DNA from: Lenisia limosa
Lineage: Eukaryota > Protista > Breviatea
Assembly: GCA_001655205.1 (NCBI GenBank)
Contig: LPNZ01008575.1
Location: 1-41,796, forward strand
DNA length: 41,796 nt
Direction of reading: 5' to 3'
The notes below the pieces were generated by a model. The model worked only from the letters and a program-made list of their open reading frames with translations. It was not told the origin of the DNA and did no database searches. The translations under genes were made by a program, and so were the position numbers. Each line of letters begins with the position of its first letter. Position 1 is the stretch's first letter. Of the stretch, positions 12,004-23,081 are shown one piece after another.

Positions 12004-15000
12004 TCATCCATCATCGTCATCAAACCTTTAGAGAAGTGTATAATAATTCAAATTAGTCGACATTGGAAGAATAAATAGTAAGAAATGAAATCAGAATAAC
12101 AGCAAATAAAACAGAATTGGACCATACACAAAGAAAAAACCCCATAGAGAACGTCAGAACTACACCCATTCATTGACCGGCGTTGCGAAGGCAGAAACAA
12201 CTATCGGTCCCTCTGACAGACCATGTCCGCCGCCGGCAACAACCGACTCACTTCGTAATCCTGGGGGGGGGGAGTAAAATTGGAATTTATGAAACAAAAA
12301 AACCTAAATCAACTCTGTTGGTAGGTGAGTGATGGGGTTCAAGATTAACTCTGTTCGGTAATGTATTGAGAGATTTAACTGAACAAAGCGTCCACAACAT
12401 CACAGTCATTTATCTTCCATTATATTTAGCAATGAGAAATAAAAAATAGGGTAGAATCTGGTACATAGCTACCCATCTTTCCCTCCCCCCACGGAATTCC
12501 GAGTTTTGTTCCGGCTCAAGCGGTTCAGTGGCCACTTCCGTTTCCGGGCTTGGCGTCTGCAACAACATTATTCCTGGTGAGGAATATAGGTACTCAGATG
12601 ATATTCAAGGACACCCATATAATATTATATATCGATATGTATATTATATGATTTATTTAATCATATCATATATCACTATTTTATAAACAGATATGTAATA
12701 TGTCATATCGCATAGTACAATAGCATGTAATATATACAGATACAAGTATGTGTGCATGTTTGCGACAGTTGTTCCATGACACAACTCCCCCCACTCGAGT
12801 CACTTTTTTTGGAGTCATCAGTAACCTTCGGCTCCCAGATGTCGACATTCTCACGGCTGGCTTGGCCACTATGGGCCGTAGTAACGGGGTCAGAGTCACC
12901 GCAATCGGCATGGGGTTTAGAGGAGGTCTTTGGGATTCGTGTGCGGTGTGACGTAAGGCTCGGAACCACTGGGGGGGGGGGGTAANNNNNNNNNNNNNNN
13001 NNNNNNNNNNNNNNNNNNNNNNNNNNNNNNNNNNNNNNNNNNNNNNNNNNNNNNNNNNNNNNNNNNATTTAACTCAAAGAGCCAATTAAGAAAAGTAAAG
13101 AAAGGACAGAAATAGAGCTACAGTGAATTTCTCTCGCTGGATCCCAACAGTAAAGAAAGGACAGAAATAGAGCTACAGTGAATTTCTCTTGCTGGATCCC
13201 CCCCCCTCCACCTCAATCATATCCTCCTCAGAAGATGCTTGCATGAAGAATGGTGCTTGCTCCGTGTTAACCAGCTGGATCTGTGGGGGTGGTCAGTTGA
13301 TGTTGGTATGTGGAACGCAGTGGGTCATTGAAATACTGAAGAAACTACACAGGCGGATACTCAGAAAGACTGAGAAGATATACTACATGTAGTTTTGGTC
13401 CCACTCACAGAAAACACATTCTTCTTGTTGAACATTCCTGTAGACTCCACTTTCACCTGGAATGTTAGTTCAATCAGATAGAGGACAGCAAAAAAAGATA
13501 TATCTAGTTGTATATCATATACTAGTATATGTATTATATCATATATATTTTGTATAGCTATGTATAAAGAGTTCACTATCACATTGCATATCATATGATG
13601 TACAATAGATATACCCTCTCTTCCACTATCTGTTACAAGAAAGCACCACTCACCGTGAAATGAGCCATTGCAAAAGATCCGCAGAGCTTTTCCTCGCATC
13701 CTTTCTTGAGGAATAAGAGGAAGAATTGAGTGTGGCAAGTGAATGAAATTAAGAGACAGCCGGAAAAAAAAAATGAGACATGACGAAAGTTCAACAAACC
13801 ATTTTATAGTAACTCAGAATGCCGCGTTTTAGTTTAAACGTCCTCCACTTCCAACTCTTGATTTTCCTCCCTCTCTGAGCCATAAGATGTGGAAGAACAA
13901 TTGGGAGTATCCACGAAAAACAACAAGATTTGAATAATTTTACACTAACATGAGACTATGACAACAATCAATGGCAGCGATTCATGTTTGATGAAACAAA
14001 CCTTATGTAACATGCCTTCCTTGCTCTGATTTTCAGGGAGCTTAGCAGACCACTCTGCATGTGCTTTTGCTCGGCTTTTTTGAACCTCGGCTCGGTCCTG
14101 GTTTCTGTTACTCCATGGAACATCATCAAAAAGTCATGACAAGTTACAATCCCCATTTTGGAGCTGATGAGGCATCAACATGCAACCCTTCACCCACCCT
14201 TTCCTCAATTTCAAATTGAAGCTCCACCTCCCTGGCAAGATACCACCTCTATTGGCGTAACAAACAGAAATATAATGAAACAAAAGAACATGGCTGTTTT
14301 AGGATCCTTTATACTAATAGTATAAGATACAGTGACCGGGATAAGTCTTGACCGAATGGCGATATGATTTCCCAATGAAAATAGGTCATGACTTCCCGGT
14401 CAGTGTATAAGCTATTAAATTACTGTCTCCCAGTATTTTGCTTCAAATAAAAGAAAAATAAAATTATGCAATAATAAGAATGAGAGTGACAATAGATAAA
14501 TTAAGGGATTATACAACACCAAGATAAACACGACGCACCTGTCCCATGGAAGCAAGGACCGACGGACTCCGCTTCATCTCTGTCACTGCATCAGTAGGGT
14601 CTGATTCAGGGACTGGTGCAGCAATCTCAGCCCCATTTCCAGTGGTATCTTCGGTATTATCACCATCTTCCTCTTTCTCCTTCTGGTCTACTTCTTTCTT
14701 AGCATCTTCCTCTTCTTCATCAGCAACTTTATCCACCCCTTCAATACAGACATCTTTGTATACATCATTTCTTGCGCTTACTTCTTCTTCCTCTTCCTTA
14801 ATTATCTCCTCTTCAACTCTGTCAGGTTTTTCATGATTCGCCTCTTCCTCTTCCTCGATTTCTTTATTCTCTTTTTCTTCCTCTTCTTGAACACCTTTTT
14901 TTTTCTCATTTTTTTCTTTTTTCTTAATTCCATCTTCTTCAACCTTTTCTTCTTTCTTCATTTGACCTTCTTCGTCTTCTTTCTTCATTCCATCTTCTTC

Positions 15001-18000
15001 AACCTTTTCTTTATCTTTCCTTATTTCAACTTCTTTCCACACTTCTTCATTATCTTCGTTGCCTGTCCTTTCCTTCTTCTCTTTCTCCATTTTTTCTACC
15101 TCCTGATTTGTGGCAATTGCAACAGCGGCAACACCAGCTACTGCTCCCCCAACAAGTGCTGCAGCCACTAATACCTCTTGGCCATCTTCCTTGTCTTCAT
15201 CACACTTTTCATTCTCCAGCTCTTTCTCTTCCTCTTCTTTCAGTTCTCCTGTTTTCTCTTCTTCATTTCCTTCTCCCTCTCCTTCATTTACTTCTCTCTC
15301 TTCTTCTTCCATTTTTACAAATCTTTCTTCCTCCTTTTCTTCCTTCGATCCAGCTCCCTCTTTATTTTCTTCTTCTCTATTCTCATCCTTTGTTTCTTCA
15401 ATTTCTTCGACCTTCTCTTCTTCCTCATTCTCTTTCAAATCTTCTTCCATCCTCTCTTCTTCCTCATTCTCTTTCGAATATTCTTCGACCTTCTCTTCAA
15501 AAACGTTTTCACTGTCAAACATTCTACCGTTTTCCTCCACAATACCCTTTTCTTCCCTTTTCAGCTCGTCTGCTTCCACTTCACTCACGCCTTTCACTTC
15601 CCCATTCTCTTGTTCATATAGTATCTTCTTTTCAACTTGTATCTCCGCATCTGAACTAATTTCGACATTATCTCCCATCTCCTCTTCTTCTTCCTTCAAT
15701 TCCTCACCAATCTCCTCCTCTTCTTCCTTCAATTCCTCTCTCACATTCTCTTCCACTTCCACTTCCTCCTCTGCTGAAGGCAAATACTCTGCTTCTTTCT
15801 GCATTTCGTTTCTATCATTTTCTTCCTCTTTCACTCTTTTATTATCCATCACTTTTTTATTGAGCATTTCTTTCACAATGACAACATCTTGAACTGGTTC
15901 TTCTTCAACTACTTTCTGTTCATTCTTCTCTCCTTCTTCAAAATTCATTTCTTCATCGCCCATCTCTTCTCCTTTCTCTTCTTTAACACTCATGGGTACA
16001 TCATCCTTGTCTTTTTCAACACTCATCTCTATCTTGCTCTTCTCTTCAACATTCATCTCTTCTTCTTCAACACTAATCTCTTCAGCGCTCTCTTCTTCTT
16101 CACTCATTTTTTGATCATTCTCTTCAGTCTTCTCTTCAACATTCATCCCTTCCTTACTCTTCTCGACAACATTCATCTCTTCTTCATCCTTCTCTTGTTC
16201 AGCCTTCTCTTCTACTTCAACTTTCATTTCTTCTTCTCCAACACTCATTTCTTCATCCTTCTCTTCTTCACTCATTTCTTCATCCTTACCTTCCTTTTCA
16301 ACATTCATTTCTTGTTCACAATTAATTTCATCACCCTTCCCTTCTTCTTTCACACTTATTTCTTCACCCTTCTCTTCTTCTTTAACACTTATTTCTTCAC
16401 CCTTCTCTTCTTTAACACTTATTTCTTCACCCTTCTCTTCAACACTTATTTCTTCACCCTTCTCTNNNNNNNNNNCTTCTTCTTTAACACTTATTTCTTC
16501 ACCCTTCTCTTCTTCTTTAACACTTATTTCTTCACCCTTCTCTTCAACACTTATTTCTTCACCCTTCTCTTCTTCTTTAACACTTATTTCATCACCCTTC
16601 TCTTCTTCTGTAACTCTTATTTCTTCACCCTTCTTTTCTTCTTTAACACTTATTTCATCATCCTTCTCTTCATCCTTCTCTTCTTCTTCCTTCTCTTCCT
16701 CACCATTCATCTCTTCTTCAACACTCATTTTGTGATCCTTCTCTTCAACCCTATTTTCTTCAACATTAATCCCTTCCTTACTCCTGTCATCAACATTCAT
16801 CTCTTCTTCATCCTTCTCTTGTTCAGCCTTTCCTTCTTCAACATTCATTTCTTCATCCTTCTCTTCTTCCTTCTCTTCTTCTTCAACACTAATCTCTTCA
16901 TCCTTCTCTTTTTCTTTAAAACTCATTTCTTCATCCTTCTCTTCAGCCTTCTCTTCTTCTTCAACTTTCATTCCTTCCTTCTCTTCTTCAACATTCATCT
17001 CTTCTTCATCCTTCTCTTCTTCAGTTTTCCCTTCTTCAACACTAATTTCTTCATCCTTCTCTTCTTCTTCAACATTCATCTCTTCTTCATCCTTCGCTTG
17101 TTCATCCTTCTCTTCTTCAACATTGACCTCTTCTTCCCGGTCTTCTATTTCAGCATTCAATTCTTCTTCTATTTCAACTTTCAATTCTTCATCCTTCTCA
17201 GCAACCTCGTCCAAGCTCATTGACACATTTTGACGTGGTGTCGGGGCAACAATCTCGGGCCCATCATCTGGGCTCACACTGGTGCTGTCTGTCTCAATGT
17301 CATCCCCAAACTCCAGTTTGCGAGCGACTGAGGACTCGGGCGCAGGCGTTATGTCACGAGAAACTAAAGGGTTAAAATGAAAGCAGACATCGCATATTTG
17401 GGGCGAGGTAGAGACAAGGTTTAGACAACATTTATAATGGATGGCAATAACGAGAAGCAGAAATATAATGATACTTTGTATCCTCAAGTACACAAAAAGT
17501 AGTTTATATTTCATTTTGCATTGTCTTCATAAAAAGTATTTGCTCTAATGTTTGTTTTACATCTTGAATCAATTTTCTGAAAAGAAAAAAAAAACCTTCA
17601 TAGCAAGAACCACAAACCAGCAGGTGCGTAGTTAGGACTTGGCGTTTCGTATAACCCTGGGTTCATAGCTGGTGAAAGATGCTGCAGATGGGGAGAGCCC
17701 TGAAGGGTAAACAACAACAAGGTTCGAATCTGAGACACTGTTTTACAACTTATGTGATACCATGCTATTATGCCTAGATTGAACTCACCACATAGTTCCT
17801 TTGAGGGGATGGTGCAGGGGATTTCGACTGAAATTTGGAGAGAGCAGAAGCCAACGCGGCAGCAGAGCTAGCATTGACAGAAAAACGCTGCCTTGTAGCC
17901 TAAGAATGGATAAGAGCATTATCTTGAACATATCTGTTCAAACAACCCACGCCTCCTTTTTACATTTTTCTCCATTTGCTCAGCTTTGACCTCCAGTTGG

Positions 18001-21000
18001 CGTATTCGTTCCTGAGTAGCTTCGTCATCCTAGACTATGAGGACAGTATCTCAATAGATACAAGAAATTAGCTTAATTAAGCTCTTGATCACACATCTTC
18101 GCTCCCACTCTTTTCCGAGCCTCCTCAGCCGTTTTGAGACGCTCCAGAAGATCTTCCTTCTCCCTCCTCTCTCGCATGGCCGATTCCTCAGCTTCTGCAC
18201 AGAGTAAAATATGTATGGTAGACTAATGAGACAAATCATATTTACCCTCTAATATCATATACTTTACAATAATCTCATATATCGGAAGCTGGCATATGTA
18301 ATGGCACTATCATATGTCAGCAGCATATAATGATACCCCTTATCTGGTACTCTTGGATATGCTGGTTGCTTCATTCTAAATTCCTTGTCCTGCTCCTTCA
18401 GAAATCCTCAGCTCTTTCTCCATCCAACAAACCTTGAAGTCTGCTGTGGAAAATATCTTCAGCTTTCTTTTTCTCATGAAGCAGCTCCTTATAAACCTGC
18501 GGTCATATGAGTCAGATTAGTAGTGGAAAGCAGTGAGATAAATACAGGATTTCTACCCCCCCCCCCACCTCTTGGCTTTTCAAGATCTGCTCTTCCTGTT
18601 CCATAATCATATCCTCACGTTCCAGAGCAAAAGCGTTTTGGGCCTTTTGCAGCTGAGTTTTCATGTTCTGAACCTGACAAGAGGTCAGAAAAGGAAGGAT
18701 TAAGAGGAGTGACATGGATATATATTTCCCTTGAATGATAATAACTTGTGTAGGTTTCTCAACTATTCTCCAAGCAAAACCGTGAGCTTTTCAAACCTCT
18801 TCGGAAGATGCGCCTCCGGCTCTTGTCTCCGCCAAAAGCTTCTCGTGCTCCTGGGTTGTAAGTGATACTTGGAACACTTGACTAGCACTACTATTCATGT
18901 TTCATGAACAAATACAAAAAAATAATAGAGTGAACTAACCAATTTGAGAGAACTCAACTCAGACATGTGTTTCTCTTTCATTCCCTTCATTTCCTTGAAA
19001 ATTAATGAAAACAAAAATAAACAAATAACAACAATAACAAGGACACAATATCTAACAATAGTGAAGATATCATATCTTAATGCTCAGTTTACCTCCTGAA
19101 GTTCATGGATGACGCGCTTGTTGGGGTCAATGTTGACCTTGACCTTGTTTTTAATTCGTTTGGCATTATCAGCAAATCTAAAGAGATGAGCACAAAAAAT
19201 CATTATTAAATAATTTTGTCTTTTGAAATTACCCTCCACCAACCTCAAAGTGCTCAGAGTTTCCTCATAGGACTTTTCCGCAGGGGAAACCGCAGCAACC
19301 TACACAGTAACTATTGAACCCCATTTTGACTAGGATTAATGGGAGGTTGTTCATTCCGGCTGATTATAATAGCAGAGCACCTGTTAATACACTCTTGAAA
19401 AGCCCCCATCCTACCATCACTGTCTTGGAGTTTCCGCCAAGTGAATTCTTCAAAAGACTAAAGCAGTAACTCTCGACAAAAAGGAAAGCACTTTCCATTT
19501 GAATCTCACATACAGAAGGGACAAAAAGTGGATATGCCATAAGTAGCGTGTATGGGAAATGAGTAGCCTCACATACTGGGTCAGAACAGAGTTGCGATAG
19601 GGTACATGTTTGACTTCCTTCCCCGAAGCCTTGTCAGCCAAGGCGGCAATGACCTGAGCGAGGGACGATAGAGATTTGTTGATCATGGCGCCTGGAGTAA
19701 CTTTATTAACCAATTGTTATTGTTGGGTGTTATTAATGACAAAAAGGGTAATCTCCTGCTCCCTCAGCAAAAACCGCAACCGAAAAGAAACACCTCTCTC
19801 AGCTATGTATGATAACACAACAGCCCACCTTCTTTGAGCCTCTGTCCGGTTGTGCCGGCAGTGGAGCTGCGTTCAGAGCCTGCCAAGTCCACAAGATTGA
19901 TTTGGGCCGATCTAAGTTCATTATAATCATGTTTGGTAAATGAATATTGCTGTGACTGAGCAAGCTTCCCCTGTTCAATCCAACCTATTGACAGCTGAGA
20001 GCTTCTTCCGGTCTATACTTGTTTGCGATACGTTGAGCGTGAACACCACGTGCGACCTCGAAGATACGTCATTGAGATTGGTTGCTGAGAAAGGTGAAAA
20101 CAAACATGCACAAGGAGGTGATTTAAAATAGAGGTATAACTGGAGACTCAAAACAAAGCTACCAGTTAACTCATCAAATATCACAATAAATCACCCCCGT
20201 ACACGCAACAACACGATGGCTTGTTCCTGAATCTAGAATGTCCTTTACGTGGGCGTAGGTTGTGACGGGGGAACTGAGGGGTGAAAAAGAAAGAGTAGCA
20301 TAATGTCAATGCAACATCAAACACTCTTACTTCGATAAACCGTCAACAAAAGGCCCTCTGCGCGGGTCTTCGCGGATCCGTAAACTAGCCTGGAATATCA
20401 TATCATATCGGTTGCTTTACAAAAGCAAAAGAAGCTTTATATAAAATTTTAGAAATTAAACGCCGGATAAAGAGTTATCACCCGGAAGTCCAACTGATTT
20501 TCAGGATCAGTAGGTTACTTGTGTTTTGGGAACAGTTATGGTGACAGGAAAATACACCATTTGTATTGCAAAATAAAGGAAACACCTTTTTCCAACTCGC
20601 CCCTGCAATAGAAATAACAAGCGAGGTGTGGTTTCGCGGTGGCAAAGGGATCACATTATCAAACCTTTTCATTTGAAGGAGGCAAAAGAAGGTCCTTGAT
20701 GTTCTCCATATAGATTTCAAGGTACCTGCATCCATTGTCAATAAAAATGGAATAGAAAAAAGAAACTATCTAGTCTCTTGCGACTCCCTAGTCAACTTGA
20801 TGCGTTTTCATGTTATTTCAATAAGTAATGTGACTTTACCAGCTTACGTAGCGGTGATGGTGGTTTTGTAGTTTTGGTCTCCGCCTTCCTCCAATTTAGC
20901 CAGTAATGATTCCACCACCCGCGGCACAAGACCCTTGAAATTGAGAGGAGTGTATTTGTAAAAACAAAACAGAAAATATTGAAGATACATTCAATTGTGA

Positions 21001-22724
21001 ATGTTTAAACAATGATGTGAAGCGAACCTTTTCTTTGGGGTCCGTCTCAGAACCTAGGATGGAGTAACTCTTCCCAGAACCTGATTGGCCTAGAAGAAGG
21101 TAAAGAGAGATGTTATGATGGGGTTGGGTATAATCAGAGTACATCAAAACCTGTTCAAAAGCAGAAGAGCACCGTCAAAAAATAGCAACATAAAGAAGAG
21201 CAAGCACACCATAAGCGAAGATGGTGCCATTGAAGCCTTCGAGTGCGTTTGTCACGATAAACTGGCCGAGATCATTGAATACATCCTCTTGAGAGACTAA
21301 ATAGTCAGAATATTCCATACTTCCTTCGCAAAACACCCTTTGCAAATATCTTATCAAACAAATGAGTCAGAAACCGAAGGTACACAACAATCCCGCACAA
21401 ATATAACTGCGTGAACACTTGGTGAACAATGGGTAGAACTAATATAAGATGCTGTCATACACAACCATGACAAGAGTGAGACAAAGGCAGCAAGCGTGTT
21501 GTCTTGAAAAGAGAATCAAGGTTGAGGTGAAAATCAATAAGGATTTCAGTACTCAATTGAACAACTCCCTCACACAAACACTCATCTATTCACCATATCT
21601 AACACCGCCCACTATAGCACTCATCTCGAGGATCCATTGAATCGTAGACAAAGTCGTAGGAAAACGCCCGTCTAGAAGGGTGTTTTAGTTATAGGGAGAA
21701 TGAGCAGCTCAACCTATTACAATTCATATTGAGTGCAACAAAAGGACAAGTTAAAACAATCATCTGTGGCAAAAGTAACACCAAAAGGACAAGTTAAAAC
21801 AAGCATCTGTGGCAAAAGTAACAAAAAGGACAAGTTAAAACAATCATCTGTGGACAAAGTAACAAAAAGGACAAGTTAAAACAATCACCTGTGGCAAAAG
21901 TAAGACTATCATCCAATTCTGGTAGCACAGTGAGTATAATATCCATAGATGTAGTACTTATTGCATTTGAACTAGAACATGACATATTTATGAAATAAGA
22001 GCGTTACTCTCCATATTTCTGAAAAGCAAACAACTCAGTGAAATAGCTTTAATGAAACAATGGTAAAACCCTCCCCAAACAGAACAGCCTGGTTCTTGTG
22101 TTGTTGTCTTATGGAAGTCTCCCTCACCTTGGCTTTGTTGTTTCGCCGCCACCCATGATGATCTGTTCCTCATTGCACTCCACAACCTTCAGCTCATTCT
22201 GCTTGATTTCGCGAGGAAGAAAGGGCCGTACCCGAATGGCAACCTTGAGTCAGTAAATGTTTAAAAGGACTTAATAGTGCGCATTGCTTCTACTCATAGA
22301 TGTCAAGGTTTAATGACTACATTTGGTAACAGACAACGGCAGTATCGTTAAACACCCTCTTCAGGCTTCATGTAATATGAAAAACAAGGAGTGGTAATTT
22401 ATATGAGATTAATGTCCCCTTCCGTCCCTCAAAGCCCCAAGGAGTAGACAGTCAATGGACACAGAGCCAGAAGTCAAAATGGCATTAGAAACCAATCAGT
22501 GATAGCGTTCCGAAGTTAATCCTCATGACAAATTGAGTTCACATTTCTTGGTACACCCATTTGTGAATGAATTATCACTAAATGGCTGTCCAAAGCTCAC
22601 ATTCTTTGACATATCCTAACATTTCCAGATTTGCCACAAAACATGTACACTGAAGAACTGGAGAAAGGGAGAAAGCTCTCCAACATTCCCTTTCCCTTTT
22701 TACCTTCAAACTTTCCGATGACAT
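12004..22724 (-). CDS. Kinesin motor protein, kinesin-3-like: motor, coiled coil, Glu/Lys-rich region, PH domain; roughly 1700-1800 aa, >30 exons
   Basis: Motor motifs: MSSESLK/VAIRVRPF (22724), FSYDFVY, GFNGTIFAYG/QSGSGKSYS (P-loop), YLEIYMENIKDLL, NDVSSRSH, INLVDLAGSER, INKSLS, HVPYRNSVLT, LLKNSLGGNSKTVM, ETLSTLRFADNAKRIKN. Phase-consistent coiled-coil exons lead into a 2825-nt exon (17363-14539). PH domain KEGMLHK/RGRKIKSWKWRTFKLKRGILSYYK...FFMQASSEEDMIE/WFRAL (~14030-12950). Last exons and stop (12160 or 12004) are uncertain. Kinesin-3 assignment is inferred from motifs plus the C-terminal PH domain. Confidence 0.85.
12261..12322 (-). repeat. 3'-splice-site poly(C) cassette, copy 1
   Basis: Minus strand ends ...ataaattccaattttactC10AG at an acceptor. 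About 60 nt are shared with 35846-35910 and about 25 nt with 26526-26560. Confidence 0.7.
13094..13200. repeat. 55-bp tandem duplication in a kinesin-gene intron
   Basis: agtaaagaaaggacagaaatagagctacagtgaatttctct(c/t)gctggatccc occurs at 13094 and 13149. It is next to an N gap, so it may be an assembly artefact. Confidence 0.75.
14330..14405. mobile_element. MITE family A, copy 2 (most intact)
   Basis: TA|CAGTGACCGGGATAAGTCTTGACC...GGTCATGACTTCCCGGTCAGTG|TA. Imperfect TIRs of ~24 bp, TA duplication and a CAGTG terminus, as in Tc1/mariner elements. Intronic. Confidence 0.75.
14539..17363 (-). repeat. Coding low-complexity Glu/Lys-rich repeat exon (EEKGEEISVK and EEKDEEMNVEEE units)
   Basis: Intron-free open frame of ~941 codons. 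Near-perfect 24-33-nt tandem units at ~16320-16660, with a 9-nt N gap inside. Confidence 0.9.
21738..21903. repeat. Intronic minisatellite, ~40-bp unit (aaaaggacaagttaaaacaatcatctgtggcaaaagtaac) x4
   Basis: Visible tandem copies within a kinesin-gene intron. Confidence 0.9.
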
Positions 22725-23081
22725 GGTCCTGTCTCCCTGTCGTCTCAGATAACTTTCAGATAGTGATTCACATGTTCAGAAGAGTGGACAGAAGCTTCAT
22801 TTAGTGGGTACAACCTTGACAGCGAAGGATGCCGTCAGTGGTTGGGCAACGATGTGTTTTTACCTTCCTCTCTGTTTTATTATATGCTGATACTACTTGT
22901 GCTTTTACAAACAAAAGAGGGGATGGAAAAGGCAAGGAAAAGGAGCTCTGAAGTTATCTAGTTTGTTCTTAATTTCGTGACCCCAGTAATAATTAAAACA
23001 AAAACACTTCCCTGGCCTCTTTTCTCACCCGTCTCTTTGTCTGTTCTGCTACAGTTAATTAAAGTATCATTGTTGGCGCAG

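Noticed and set aside
14125-14140. In-frame TGA between coding-like stretches (possible selenocysteine or readthrough)
   Set aside because: It is explained by a GT-AG intron (~14197-14098) that restores the frame into the PH domain.
14546-17223. Long plus-strand Ser-rich and Phe/Leu-rich ORFs (183-444 aa)
   Set aside because: They are antisense shadows of the Glu/Lys repeat exon; the purine-rich codons have few stop codons on the opposite strand.
17364-17514. N-terminal 50 aa (MKYKLL...) of ORF 14509-17514, read as a signal peptide of a standalone gene
   Set aside because: A phase-matched acceptor at 17364 links the exon to upstream kinesin exons, so this stretch is most likely intron.
17718-17735. 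ggttcgaatc, resembling a tRNA T-loop
   Set aside because: No T-stem pairing and no upstream cloverleaf.
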